The position numbers and the translations under genes were made by a program. The notes under the pieces were generated by a model that worked only from the letters and a program-made list of their open reading frames with translations, was not told the DNA's origin and ran no database searches. Source: Thermodesulfobacteriota bacterium (lineage in GTDB: Bacteria > Desulfobacterota > Desulfobacteria > Desulfobacterales > JACKCP01). From it: DNA of 44,401 nucleotides. This document shows, piece by piece, positions 8,388-19,329 of the stretch. Position 1 is the stretch's first letter; every line of letters starts with the position of its first letter. The stretch spans positions 1-44,401 of the forward strand of contig JBNJDM010000004.1 of the NCBI GenBank assembly GCA_051744925.1, in the 5' to 3' direction.

Positions 8388-9260
8388 ATGCGGTTGAAGT
8401 CAGGTTTTCAGGGGCGTAAAGAAGAATCCTGTATAGGGATCCCTTCGGTATCCGGTACTGTGGATAAAGGACTGATTTATGATGGAAAGAGCTGGCTTGA
8501 GGAACATGGTTTTAAAATAAAGCTTGCAGATAATATATTTGATTCACAAAGATATCTTTCAGGAACCGATTTTTTAAGAGCAGAAAATTTAAAAAAACTT
8601 GCTTTGGATCAAGAGGTTGATTCGCTTATATTTGCAAGAGGCGGGTTCGGTGTTTTAAGAATCCTTGAATATATAGATTTTTCAGATTTTAAAGAATTTG
8701 AAAAGCCTGTCATGGGCTATAGCGACAATTCTATTCTTCTCAATCTTTTTAATATGTATTGTAATATCGAAACTTTTCACGGCCCCAATCTGTCATGTAT
8801 AAAAAAAAAAGGGTCAAAAAAGGTGTTAAATCTTTTAAAAGGTAAAATTGATAAAAATATATCAAAATCCCCAAACTTTATAGCAACAGGTTCTGCGCAG
8901 GGGATTTTAAGAGGAGGAAATCTTGCCAGTATAGCAAGTCTATGCGGAACAGATTACTCCATAGATCTTGATGGTTGTGTTTTTTTTATTGAAGATGTAA
9001 ATGAACCTCCTTACAAAATTGACCGTTGCCTTGCTCAGCTGAAGAAAGCAGGTATGCTTAAAAGAGTAAACGCTGTAATAGCAGGCGATTTTGTTAACTG
9101 CGGGAAAAAAGAAGTTGTTTTTGAGATATTCAAGGAGTATTTTCAAAATATTCCGATTGTTCATTTAAGCTCTTTTGGTCACGGAGAAGTTAATGATCCT
9201 CTTGTTGTGGGTAAAACTGTATATTTGAGTTCAGAGGTAAATATTGTCTGCTATGAATAG
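8388..9260 (+). CDS. LD-carboxypeptidase (peptidase S66, LdcA-like)
   Basis: ARGGFG, catalytic Ser in GYSD, Glu in FIEDVNE, His in FGHG, plus GGNL. Confidence 0.9.
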   Translation: MRLKSGFQGRKEESCIGIPSVSGTVDKGLIYDGKSWLEEHGFKIKLADNIFDSQRYLSGTDFLRAENLKKLALDQEVDSLIFARGGFGVLRILEYIDFSDFKEFEKPVMGYSDNSILLNLFNMYCNIETFHGPNLSCIKKKGSKKVLNLLKGKIDKNISKSPNFIATGSAQGILRGGNLASIASLCGTDYSIDLDGCVFFIEDVNEPPYKIDRCLAQLKKAGMLKRVNAVIAGDFVNCGKKEVVFEIFKEYFQNIPIVHLSSFGHGEVNDPLVVGKTVYLSSEVNIVCYE

Positions 9261-10311
9261 ATTTAAGCTGGTTAAAGACTATTTTTTTAAAAGTATTGAT
9301 GAAAAGGTTTTTACATCAGCATCTGTTCTTGCTTCCTGCAACGGAGATGTTGTTTTTCAAAAAAATTTCGGTCAGACTTCCGGAGCAGCAGGCAATAATT
9401 GTGAGTCTCGTTTATTTGATCTTGCATCTTTAACAAAACCTCTTGCCACAGCTTTGTTTTTTCAGATTTTATGGCAAAAGAATTTGATCTCTCCTGATGA
9501 CTGCGTCTCTGATTATATCAAAGAATTTCAAACCAAAGATAAGAAAAATATTAAGCTGGAAAATCTTTTACTTCATAACTCAGGTCTTCCTGCGCACAGA
9601 AATTATTACAGGATTTTGTCAGGTATTCCTTTTAATGAAAGAGAGTCTGCAAGGCTTTTGCTTATTGCCGGAGAACCTCTGGTTTACAGGCCCGGAAAAA
9701 GTACTTTGTACAGTGATCTCGGGTTTATGGTTCTTAAGTATATTTGTGAAAAAGTCAGCAAAGATAAAATCGGTTCTTTTATGAACAAAGAACTTTATGA
9801 AAAAATAAATTCAGGGCTTTTTTTTGCTTCAGGTGTTAAAGTACCTGTAGATTTGTTCGTACCGTCATCTTTTTCTTTTTTTAGAAATAAATTTTTGCAG
9901 GGAGAAGTAAATGATGAAAATGCCTCTGTTATTGGAGGTGAGGACGGGCATGCAGGTCTTTTCGGCAACTGTACAGATATTCATTTGGTTTTAAGGGAAA
10001 TTTTTAACTCTTTTACAGGCAAAAAACACGCAGTTCTTAACACTGATTATACAAAAGAGATTTTGAAAATAAGAAATAATAAAAGATCTTACGGTTTTGA
10101 CACTCCATCAGAAAAAAACTCTTCTTCAGGAGATTTTTTTTCACTAAATTCATTTGGACATCTGGGGTTTACAGGAACATCTTTCTGGATGGATACAGAT
10201 AAAAAAATATGGATAATACTTTTAACAAACAGAGTTTATTACGGAAGTAAAAATCTCAAAATCAAATATTTCAGATCTGAACTTCATAATAAAATTATAA
10301 AAGCGATATGA
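9253..10311 (+). CDS. beta-lactamase-fold (S12) serine hydrolase, AmiE/NamA-like
   Basis: FDLASLTK (SxxK), LLLHNSGLP, YSDLGF, GHAGLFG, GHLGFTG. ATG 9253 overlaps the upstream stop by 8 nt; no signal peptide visible. Confidence 0.82.
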   Translation: MNRFKLVKDYFFKSIDEKVFTSASVLASCNGDVVFQKNFGQTSGAAGNNCESRLFDLASLTKPLATALFFQILWQKNLISPDDCVSDYIKEFQTKDKKNIKLENLLLHNSGLPAHRNYYRILSGIPFNERESARLLLIAGEPLVYRPGKSTLYSDLGFMVLKYICEKVSKDKIGSFMNKELYEKINSGLFFASGVKVPVDLFVPSSFSFFRNKFLQGEVNDENASVIGGEDGHAGLFGNCTDIHLVLREIFNSFTGKKHAVLNTDYTKEILKIRNNKRSYGFDTPSEKNSSSGDFFSLNSFGHLGFTGTSFWMDTDKKIWIILLTNRVYYGSKNLKIKYFRSELHNKIIKAI

Positions 10312-10360
10312 AATTTTTTATTCTTGTAAATATAGTGGTTTTCTGGTAGCGAAAAATAAT

Positions 10361-10510
10361 TAATTAGTATTTGTCCGAAAACTAGAATTTTTGATCAGTT
10401 CAAAGCAGGTGAAAAATTTAATCTCGGAAACAAGCGGGTATTGTGAGGATTAAATTTTGATTCTTAAACAGAAATGAGCAAAAAGGCAGTTTACGTTCAG
10501 TAATAAAATT
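10361..10510 (+). repeat. full-length ~150-bp MITE-like element with central hairpin
   Basis: Ends TAATTAGTATTTGTCCGAAAACT and AGTTTACGTTCAGTAATAAAATT; perfect internal 11-bp inverted repeat AAAATTTAATC (10413-10423) / GATTAAATTTT (10448-10458); both ends homologous to 8055-8140. Confidence 0.75.
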
Positions 10511-10597
10511 AGTAAAATTATTAAAGCTGAAATTTTTATGTTTAGAAAATTAAAATATCTTTTACATTAATCCTATAACACAAGTTGTACATAATGA

Positions 10598-11653
<1,056 letters not shown>

Positions 11654-11666
11654 TAAGAATATAAAT

Positions 11667-12491
11667 ATGTTTTCAAAAAAAAAACTAATAAAATTTATTG
11701 TTTTATTCTTTCTTATTGTCAATTTGTCTGCACTTATTGCAGCAGGGAGAGGAGGCGGCAGGGTCCAGAGCTTAGGCCGTGCCGGTCTTGATTTGTTTTC
11801 ACCTGTTGAAGAGCTTGTTTCGGATGTTTCGGGTTATTTGTCAGATATATGGAGTAAGTATTTTAATCTGATCCTGGTACAGAAAAAAAATACTGAACTT
11901 AAAAAAGAACTTAACCGTTATTACGCAAAAAAGACTTTGTATCGTGAGGTTCATCTTGAAAATCAAAGACTGAAAAAGCTTCTTAAGTTCACAAAAGAGA
12001 TAGATTCAGAATATCTTGCGGCTCAGGTTACAGGCAAGGATTCTTCCAAATGGTTTAAAACTATTATTGTAAACAGGGGAAAAAATTCAGGAGTAGGCAT
12101 TAATTTCCCTGTAATAGTTCCTGCAGGTGTCGTAGGCCAGGTTATTGAAGTTTCTCAGAATTATTCCAAAGTTTTGCTTATTACAGACAGGATGAGCGGT
12201 GTTGACAGCCTTGTTCAGGAAAACAGGGGACGGGGTATAGTATCTGGTACAAAGAATGATGTCTGCGAATTAAAGTATATGCTGAGGAAATTTGATTTAG
12301 AAAAAGGGCAGCATATTATTACTTCAGGTATGGACGGAGTTTTTCCCAAAGGTTTAAGAATAGGAGAGATAACACAGGTCAGGAAAAAAACATCCGGTAT
12401 ATTTCAGGAAGTCAGTGTCAAACCATTTGTAAACTTTGAAAAGCTTGAAGAAGTTTTAATTGTTTTTAAAAATTCGACAAAAGAAAGCTGA
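11667..12491 (+). CDS. mreC: rod shape-determining protein MreC
   Basis: N-terminal TM segment, coiled coil ENQRLKKLL, TSGMDGVFPKG; follows mreB. Confidence 0.95.
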   Translation: MFSKKKLIKFIVLFFLIVNLSALIAAGRGGGRVQSLGRAGLDLFSPVEELVSDVSGYLSDIWSKYFNLILVQKKNTELKKELNRYYAKKTLYREVHLENQRLKKLLKFTKEIDSEYLAAQVTGKDSSKWFKTIIVNRGKNSGVGINFPVIVPAGVVGQVIEVSQNYSKVLLITDRMSGVDSLVQENRGRGIVSGTKNDVCELKYMLRKFDLEKGQHIITSGMDGVFPKGLRIGEITQVRKKTSGIFQEVSVKPFVNFEKLEEVLIVFKNSTKES

Positions 12492-12606
12492 AGTTTTAGC
12501 TTACCCGGATATGATTAATATTCTTTTTATAAGAACATCCCTGATATTTTTAGATAAAGTCAATATATTAAAAAGGATGTCAGATTGAACTGCTCAGGAT
12601 AAAACA

Positions 12607-13131
12607 ATGGCAGATGTTGTCTTAAATATTTTTCTGGTTTCATTTCTTATTATACTTCAGTCCTTTTTTTTAAATGACTGGGGTTTTTACGATGTAATAC
12701 TGGTGTGGATAGTTTTCTTTTTTACAAGCGAAAATAATAAAGTCAAAGTTCTGATTTTATGTCTTATTGCAGGTTACATAAAAGATTCCCTTTCAGGGGG
12801 AGTTTTTGGAGTATATCTTTCTTCATATCTCTGGTTTTTCATACTTCTTTATATAACTGACGGTTTTATCAATATCAAAAATTATATATTTATTCTATTT
12901 CTGGGTATATGCGGCATAAGCATAGAAGCTGTATTTATTTTTATTTCAAACTACAGCCGTTTTGTTCAGCCCGAAGCATCATCTTATATTTATAACGGAT
13001 TTATATATGAGATTGTATGGGGGATTTTGACATTCCTTATTTTTTATTTTGTTATGATTCGTGTGGATATGGTTTATCAAAATATGTTATCAGTTTTTCA
13101 AAAGAAAATTTCTGATTTAAGCAGGATATAA
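12607..13131 (+). CDS. mreD: probable rod shape-determining protein MreD
   Basis: 174-aa polytopic membrane protein with GYIKDSLSGGVFG, located between mreC and mrdA. Confidence 0.8.
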   Translation: MADVVLNIFLVSFLIILQSFFLNDWGFYDVILVWIVFFFTSENNKVKVLILCLIAGYIKDSLSGGVFGVYLSSYLWFFILLYITDGFINIKNYIFILFLGICGISIEAVFIFISNYSRFVQPEASSYIYNGFIYEIVWGILTFLIFYFVMIRVDMVYQNMLSVFQKKISDLSRI

Positions 13132-13136
13132 TATAT

Positions 13137-14960
13137 ATGGCATCTTATATTGAAGGAAGTATTGAGCCTGAATGGTTCAGAAAAAGGCTTAACCTTGTTC
13201 TTGTGTGGATAAGCATAGCTTTTCTTTTTATAGGTGCAAGACTGTTCTGGCTTCAGGTGATACACGGCGAAAAATTCAGGCAGTTGTCCCTTAACAACAG
13301 GATCAGGCTCCAGCGGCTTGCTCCGTCCAGAGGTCTTATATTCGACAGAAACAATACAACTATTGTTGATAACAGGCCTGCTTTTAATCTAAAGGTTGTC
13401 CCCGGTGATGTAGATTCTCTAAAGACCCTTATGGAAAAGCTTGAAAATTATGTTGAGATCGACAAGGAAACTTTTGAAAAGCTTAAGCAGGCTTTGAGAT
13501 ATACTCCTTTTAAGCCGTTTACCGTAGCAAGTGATATAAAACGTGAGACTGTTGCTTTAATTGAATCCAACCAGTACTCACTGCCAGGAACCTACATAAG
13601 TGTTGAGCCTAAAAGAGAGTATATTTATCCTGGTACTGCTTCCCATGTTATAGGCTATCTGGGTGAAGCAGATACTAAATTTATTAAAGCAAGACCTGAA
13701 ACTCCTTTTAGATCTGGTGATAATGTAGGAAGAGCCGGTATTGAAAAAAAATATGAAGATTTTTTAAGGGGTAAATACGGCGGAGCCCAGGTAGAGGTTA
13801 ATGCCAGAGGCAAGGTTATGAAGGTTCTTGATGAGGTTGAGGCTGAACCTGGTAATAATATTGTTCTTACACTCGATTTTGAGATCCAGAAATATGCAAT
13901 GGAGCTTCTTGGCGATAAAACAGGAGCTGTTGTTGCAATGATTCCTGATACAGGTGAAATTATCTGTATGGCAAGCAGCCCGGCTTTTAATGAAAATTCT
14001 TTTATTACAGGTCTTAGTACAAAGGAATGGAAAAAACTTGCAAATGATCCTAACCGGCCTCTTCAGAACAAGGCTATTCAGGGAGAGTATCCTCCGGGGT
14101 CAATATATAAAATGATACCTGCCTTAGCAGGCCTTGAAGAAGGTATTGTTGAGCAAGATGACACTTTTTATTGTTCAGGCAGATATTTTTATGGAGACAG
14201 GTTTTTTAAATGCTGGAATGATTATGGACACGGAAATATAAATCTTAAGGATTCAATAATTCAGTCGTGTGATGTCTATTTTTATAAGCTTGGAAATAAA
14301 CTCGGCATAGATAAGCTTGCAGAATATGCAAGAATGTTTGGAATGGGTAAAAAAACAGGTATTGAGCTTGATAATGAGGAAAAAGGCCTTGTTCCTGATT
14401 CTGTGTGGAAAAGACAAAGATTTAATTCTTCCTGGCAGGGTGGAGAGACTTTATCTGTAGTTATTGGTCAGGGATATAACCTGGTAACTCCATTGCAGAT
14501 GGCAGTAATGACTTCAGCTTTAGCCAATGGAGGAGAAATTGTAAAACCATTGCTTGTAAAAAAAATTCAAAGTTCCAAAGGTGAAGTTATAAAAAGAATT
14601 GAAAAAGAAAAAATTGATGTACTTGATATAAAAGAAGAAAGTCTTGAGCTTGTAAGAGAGTCTATGAGAGATGTTGTTAATACACCAGTGGGAACAGCTT
14701 TTTCAGCAAGGTCTGATCTTGTCGAGATTTCAGGAAAAACAGGTACTGCTCAGGTTGTAAGCAGTCTGAAATATAAAGAAAATATGGGTAAAATAAAAAA
14801 CTGGCTTCCCCACGCCTGGTTTACAGCCTATGCACCTTCAGAAAACCCGGGTATAGCAGTTACTGTTTTAGTTGAACACGGTGACCACGGATCTACTTCT
14901 GCTGCGCCTATAGCCAAAAAAATTATTGAAAAATACTGTATGGACAGAAAAAATGATTGA
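13137..14960 (+). CDS. mrdA: penicillin-binding protein 2
   Basis: RGLIFDRN, YPPGSIYK (SxxK), SCDVYFY, GKTGTAQV. Confidence 0.96.
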   Translation: MASYIEGSIEPEWFRKRLNLVLVWISIAFLFIGARLFWLQVIHGEKFRQLSLNNRIRLQRLAPSRGLIFDRNNTTIVDNRPAFNLKVVPGDVDSLKTLMEKLENYVEIDKETFEKLKQALRYTPFKPFTVASDIKRETVALIESNQYSLPGTYISVEPKREYIYPGTASHVIGYLGEADTKFIKARPETPFRSGDNVGRAGIEKKYEDFLRGKYGGAQVEVNARGKVMKVLDEVEAEPGNNIVLTLDFEIQKYAMELLGDKTGAVVAMIPDTGEIICMASSPAFNENSFITGLSTKEWKKLANDPNRPLQNKAIQGEYPPGSIYKMIPALAGLEEGIVEQDDTFYCSGRYFYGDRFFKCWNDYGHGNINLKDSIIQSCDVYFYKLGNKLGIDKLAEYARMFGMGKKTGIELDNEEKGLVPDSVWKRQRFNSSWQGGETLSVVIGQGYNLVTPLQMAVMTSALANGGEIVKPLLVKKIQSSKGEVIKRIEKEKIDVLDIKEESLELVRESMRDVVNTPVGTAFSARSDLVEISGKTGTAQVVSSLKYKENMGKIKNWLPHAWFTAYAPSENPGIAVTVLVEHGDHGSTSAAPIAKKIIEKYCMDRKND

Positions 14961-16047
14961 TAAAAGACTTGTTGCAAATTTTGACTGGGTATTTTTTTTG
15001 ATGATTTTTATTCTTTTCGGAATAAGCCTTCTTGAAATATACAGTGCTGTAAATACCGGAAGCAAAGGCTATGTAATCAGGCAGGTTGTGTGGTTTGCAG
15101 CCGGACTTATAGTTTTTTTTGTTATTCTTTTTTTCCATTTTCAGATTTTTGATAAATTTGCTTTGTTTTTTTATTTAGCTGTCAATATATTGCTGGCTTA
15201 TGTACTTTTTGAGGGAAGACTTGTCGGCGGATCACAAAGGTGGATTTCTTTCGGTTTTTTTAATCTGCAGCCTTCTGAACTTGCAAAGATTTCTCTTATA
15301 TTTGTGCTTGCAAAGCATTATGCAAGAAATATGCTTCCCGGGGGCGTAGGTATAAGACAGCTTTTTATGCCTGCTGTGTATACTTTAATTCCGTTTCTTC
15401 TTATTCTAAAGCAGCCTGATCTTGGAACTGCGGGTATGCTGGTTTTAATAGCTGCCTTTATGACTTTATTTGTAAAAATCGAGAAAAAAACATTAATCTC
15501 ATTAATAATTGGAGTCTTTGTAATCATAGTTCCGTTTTTTACATTTGTTTTAAAGGATTATCAGAAAGAAAGAATTATGACCTTTTTAAACCCCGGGAGT
15601 GATCCTCTTGGAGCAGGTTATCATATTATACAGTCAAAAATAGCTATAGGTTCCGGAATGTTTTACGGCAAGGGATACTGCCAGGGGACTCAGAATGCTC
15701 TTTCATTTATCCCTGAGCAACACACAGATTTTATTTTTTCTGTTTTTGCAGAAGAATGGGGTTTTTTAGGCTCATTGATTTTTCTTGTGTTTTATTTTTT
15801 TGTGCTTGTATGGGGGCTTAAAATTGCAGGCACATGCAGAAATTCCTTTGGAGTGCTTCTTTGTGTAGGGCTTCTGGCCTTAATTTTCTGGCAGCTTGTC
15901 ATAAATCTGGGGATGGTTACAGGCCTTTTCCCGGTTGTCGGAATGCCTTTGCCCCTTATAAGCTACGGAGGTTCTTCTGTAATGACAATTATGATTTCAA
16001 TGGGAATTTTAATGAATATAAGTATGAGAAAACATACTGCAAGGTAG
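14953..16047 (+). CDS. rodA: SEDS peptidoglycan glycosyltransferase RodA
   Basis: LQPSELAK, QPDLGTA, PEQHTDFIFS, LPLISYGGSS. ATG 14953 overlaps the mrdA stop and is preferred to the TTG at 14926. Confidence 0.96.
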   Translation: MIDKRLVANFDWVFFLMIFILFGISLLEIYSAVNTGSKGYVIRQVVWFAAGLIVFFVILFFHFQIFDKFALFFYLAVNILLAYVLFEGRLVGGSQRWISFGFFNLQPSELAKISLIFVLAKHYARNMLPGGVGIRQLFMPAVYTLIPFLLILKQPDLGTAGMLVLIAAFMTLFVKIEKKTLISLIIGVFVIIVPFFTFVLKDYQKERIMTFLNPGSDPLGAGYHIIQSKIAIGSGMFYGKGYCQGTQNALSFIPEQHTDFIFSVFAEEWGFLGSLIFLVFYFFVLVWGLKIAGTCRNSFGVLLCVGLLALIFWQLVINLGMVTGLFPVVGMPLPLISYGGSSVMTIMISMGILMNISMRKHTAR

Positions 16048-16152
16048 GTAAAGAGAGTATGGTCAAGTAAACACTTATTTAGAGCAATTCAAAGTTGAAA
16101 AATCAGGCTGATTGTTATAAACCGTTAAAGATCTGATATTTCTAAAAACAAA

Positions 16153-16182
16153 TTGACATTTTACGCTAAAAAGTGTTAGTAG
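16153..16182 (+). promoter_or_regulatory. putative promoter of the atp operon
   Basis: TTGACA (16153-16158), 18-nt spacer, TGn-TAGTAG; AGGAGG RBS before 16234. Confidence 0.5.
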
Positions 16183-16233
16183 CCAGACTTAAAAAAAATA
16201 TTAATAAATATTAAAGGGGTTTCAGGAGGGGTT

Positions 16234-16668
16234 ATGTCCGTTGATATTAGCCTGAATAGTTCGCTTATTATTCAGATAATTAACTTTGTTGTGCTTATTC
16301 TTGTCTTAAATGCTGTCCTTTACAAACCCATCAGAGGTATTCTTGCCAAAAGAAAAAATCTTATGGATTCACTGGAAGAAGATGCTGGTCATGCTGTTAA
16401 AAAAGCAAAAGACAGTGAGATCAAATTTCGTGAAGACATAAAAGCTGCAAGAATGAAAGGGGCTGAAAAGAAAAACGAAATTATAGATTCGGCATCTGAA
16501 GAAGAAGACAAGCTTCTTTCGGAAATTCAGCAGGAATCTGTGGAAAAAATTAATCAGGTTAAGGAAAAAATAAGTAAGGAAACTGAAGCTGCGAGAGCTT
16601 CGTTAGAAAAAGATATTGGTGAATTTGCCTCACAAATTGCTAAGAAAATTTTGGGGAGGGCTGTTTAA
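16234..16668 (+). CDS. ATP synthase F0 subunit b'
   Basis: QIINFVVLILVLNAVLYKPIRGILAKR TM segment plus charged coiled coil; first of two b-type genes. Confidence 0.9.
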   Translation: MSVDISLNSSLIIQIINFVVLILVLNAVLYKPIRGILAKRKNLMDSLEEDAGHAVKKAKDSEIKFREDIKAARMKGAEKKNEIIDSASEEEDKLLSEIQQESVEKINQVKEKISKETEAARASLEKDIGEFASQIAKKILGRAV

Positions 16669-17237
16669 TGAAGTTTAAAAAGGTTATTTTTTATCTTCTC
16701 CCTTTGCTGATGGTCTCTGCAGCAGTTTTTGCAGCAGGATCCGAAGGCGGTTCCCACGGAGGTGGATGGGGCACCATCGACAATTACAAACTTCTTAACT
16801 TTGTAGTACTTGTAGCTGTTTTGTTTGTTCTTTTGAGAAAGCCGGCAGGTAATTTTTTCAGTGGAAGAGTTGAGAATCTTAAAACAGAGATTTCTGAACT
16901 TGAAGAGAAAAAAGCTGAAGCTGAAAAAGAGCTGAAAGAGTATCAAAGCAAAATGGAATCACTGGATAAAGAAGTAAAAACCATTGTCGATACTTACGTG
17001 GAACAGGGAGAAAACGCCAGAGAGCAGATTATAGCTGAAGCAAAAAAATCAGCTGAAAAGATGCGGGCTCAGGCAGAGAAAAAGATTGAACAGGAGTTTT
17101 TGCAGGCTAGAGAAACGCTTTCAAAAGAGGTTATTGATAAAGCTGTAATTGAAGCAGAAAAGCTTATAAAACAAAATATCAATGATCAGGATCAGGAACA
17201 ACTTATTAAGGAATACATCGGAAAGGTGGTGGCATAA
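16668..17237 (+). CDS. atpF: ATP synthase F0 subunit b
   Basis: LLNFVVLVAVLFVLLRKP TM segment plus coiled coil; TAATG stop-start coupling. Confidence 0.92.
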   Translation: MKFKKVIFYLLPLLMVSAAVFAAGSEGGSHGGGWGTIDNYKLLNFVVLVAVLFVLLRKPAGNFFSGRVENLKTEISELEEKKAEAEKELKEYQSKMESLDKEVKTIVDTYVEQGENAREQIIAEAKKSAEKMRAQAEKKIEQEFLQARETLSKEVIDKAVIEAEKLIKQNINDQDQEQLIKEYIGKVVA

Positions 17238-17788
17238 TGAGAGATATTGCTGTTGCACGCCGTTATGCCAAAGCGCTTATGCTTATTGGTCAGACAGGAA
17301 AAGATGCTGACGAATATGCACAGGAGCTTTCAGCTGTTGCCGGTGTGTTTGAAAATCACAAAGAACTGATGGAAGTTCTTTTAAACCCGCTTTACGGCCG
17401 TTCAGAAAGAAGAAAACTCCTTACTACCGTAGTTGACGGGATGTCTGTTTCTGAAAACATGAAAGCCTATATTATGCTTCTTTTTGACAAGAGAAGGATA
17501 GACCTTATTTCCGAAATCAATAATAATTACCAGAAGCTGGTGGATGAAGTAAAAAATATCGGAAGAGCTGTTATTACATCTGCCTCGCCTCTTTCTGAAG
17601 ACACAATTGAAAAACTGCAAAGTGCTCTTTCCGAAAAAACAGGAAAGCAAATCGAGGTTGAGCTTAAAAACGATCCGGAAATTATTGGCGGGATTATCAC
17701 TGTAATAGGTGACCTTGTCTATGACGGAAGCATTAAAACACAATTGGAAAATATGAAAGAATCTTTTAAAAGGGGTGAAGTAAGCTGA
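17237..17788 (+). CDS. atpH: ATP synthase F1 subunit delta
   Basis: VARRYAKAL and [22 protein letters not shown]. Confidence 0.96.
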   Translation: MRDIAVARRYAKALMLIGQTGKDADEYAQELSAVAGVFENHKELMEVLLNPLYGRSERRKLLTTVVDGMSVSENMKAYIMLLFDKRRIDLISEINNNYQKLVDEVKNIGRAVITSASPLSEDTIEKLQSALSEKTGKQIEVELKNDPEIIGGIITVIGDLVYDGSIKTQLENMKESFKRGEVS

Positions 17789-19305
17789 TGGAAATCAAAG
17801 CAGAAGAAATAAGCCAAATAATTAAAGACCAGATCCAGGGTTTTGATAAATCAGTCGACCTTGCGGAAACTGGCGTAGTATTGTCGGTCGGGGACGGAAT
17901 TGCGCGGGTATACGGCCTTGAAAATGTAATGGCTCTCGAACTTGTAGAGTTCCCCGGAAACCTTATCGGACTTGTTCTTAACCTTGAAGAAGATCATGTC
18001 GGCATTGCTCTTATGGGTGAAGATACCGAGATTAAAGAGGGAGATATAGTCAAAAGAACAGGCAGAATTGCCCAGGTTCCTGTAGGTGAAGGTCTTCTCG
18101 GTCGTGTTGTAGATACTCTTGGCCAGCCTATTGACGGTAAGGGCCCAATTGAGTCTGATCAGTTCAACAACATGGAAAAAATTGCTCCCGGCGTTATTGA
18201 CAGAAAAAGTGTTCATGAACCAATGTACACAGGTATAAAAGCTGTAGATGCAATGATTCCTGTTGGTAGAGGTCAGAGAGAGCTTGTTATAGGAGACCGT
18301 CAGATCGGTAAAACAGCTCTTTGCATAGATGCTATCATAAATCAGAAAAACAGTAATGTTAAATGTATTTACGTTGCCTGCGGTCAGAAAAAATCTACAG
18401 TTGCTCAGGTTATGACTGTGCTTGAAGAGCATGGTGCAATGGAATACACAACAGTTGTTGCTGCATGTGCAAGTGATCCTGCTCCTCTTCAGTATCTTGC
18501 TCCTTATGCAGGATGTGCCATGGCTGAACATTTTATGGATAACGGAGAGCATGCCCTTATAGTTTATGACGACCTTTCAAAGCAGGCAGCAGCATACAGG
18601 CAGGTTTCTCTTCTTCTCAGAAGACCTCCGGGACGTGAAGCTTTTCCAGGTGATGTTTTCTACAACCACTCAAGACTTTTAGAGCGTTCAGCAAAATTAA
18701 ATGATGAACTCGGAGCAGGCTCAATGACTGCTCTTCCCATAGTTGAAACTCTTGAAGGCGATGTTTCAGCATTTATTCCTACAAACGTTATTTCTATTAC
18801 AGACGGTCAGATTTATCTTGAGCCGGGACTTTTCTTTTCAGGGGTAAGGCCTGCTGTTAACGTTGGTATTTCAGTTTCACGTGTTGGTGGTTCTGCCCAG
18901 GAAAAGGCAATGAAAAAGGTTGCAGGAACTCTTCGTCTTGACCTTGCACAGTACAGAGAGCTTGAGTCTTTTGCAGCATTTGGAAGTGATCTTGATGCAG
19001 CAACACAAAAGCAGCTGAAAAGAGGTGAAAGACTTGTAGAAATTCTTAAGCAGCCGCAGTATCAGCCGCTTAATCTTGAAAAACAGGTTTCTGTTATATA
19101 TGCAGGAACAAAAGGATTTCTTGATAAATACGATACAGATGTAGTTGCAAAATATGAAGCAGGTCTTTATCAGTTTATCGAAGACAGATTTCCTAAGATT
19201 TTCGAAAATATTGCTGCTGACAGAACTCTTTCAGACGAAACAGAAAAGCTTCTTAAAGAAGCTCTTACAGCTTATTCAGAAGAGTTTGAGGATACAATAA
19301 AATAA
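17788..19305 (+). CDS. atpA: ATP synthase F1 subunit alpha
   Basis: [49 protein letters not shown]. Confidence 0.99.
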   Translation: MEIKAEEISQIIKDQIQGFDKSVDLAETGVVLSVGDGIARVYGLENVMALELVEFPGNLIGLVLNLEEDHVGIALMGEDTEIKEGDIVKRTGRIAQVPVGEGLLGRVVDTLGQPIDGKGPIESDQFNNMEKIAPGVIDRKSVHEPMYTGIKAVDAMIPVGRGQRELVIGDRQIGKTALCIDAIINQKNSNVKCIYVACGQKKSTVAQVMTVLEEHGAMEYTTVVAACASDPAPLQYLAPYAGCAMAEHFMDNGEHALIVYDDLSKQAAAYRQVSLLLRRPPGREAFPGDVFYNHSRLLERSAKLNDELGAGSMTALPIVETLEGDVSAFIPTNVISITDGQIYLEPGLFFSGVRPAVNVGISVSRVGGSAQEKAMKKVAGTLRLDLAQYRELESFAAFGSDLDAATQKQLKRGERLVEILKQPQYQPLNLEKQVSVIYAGTKGFLDKYDTDVVAKYEAGLYQFIEDRFPKIFENIAADRTLSDETEKLLKEALTAYSEEFEDTIK

Positions 19306-19329
19306 TTTAATTCTATAAGGTTGATTTAA

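Noticed and set aside
9253-10311. Class C beta-lactamase resistance gene
   Set aside because: No signal peptide, lacks the KTG and YxN pattern of AmpC, and context favours peptidoglycan recycling.
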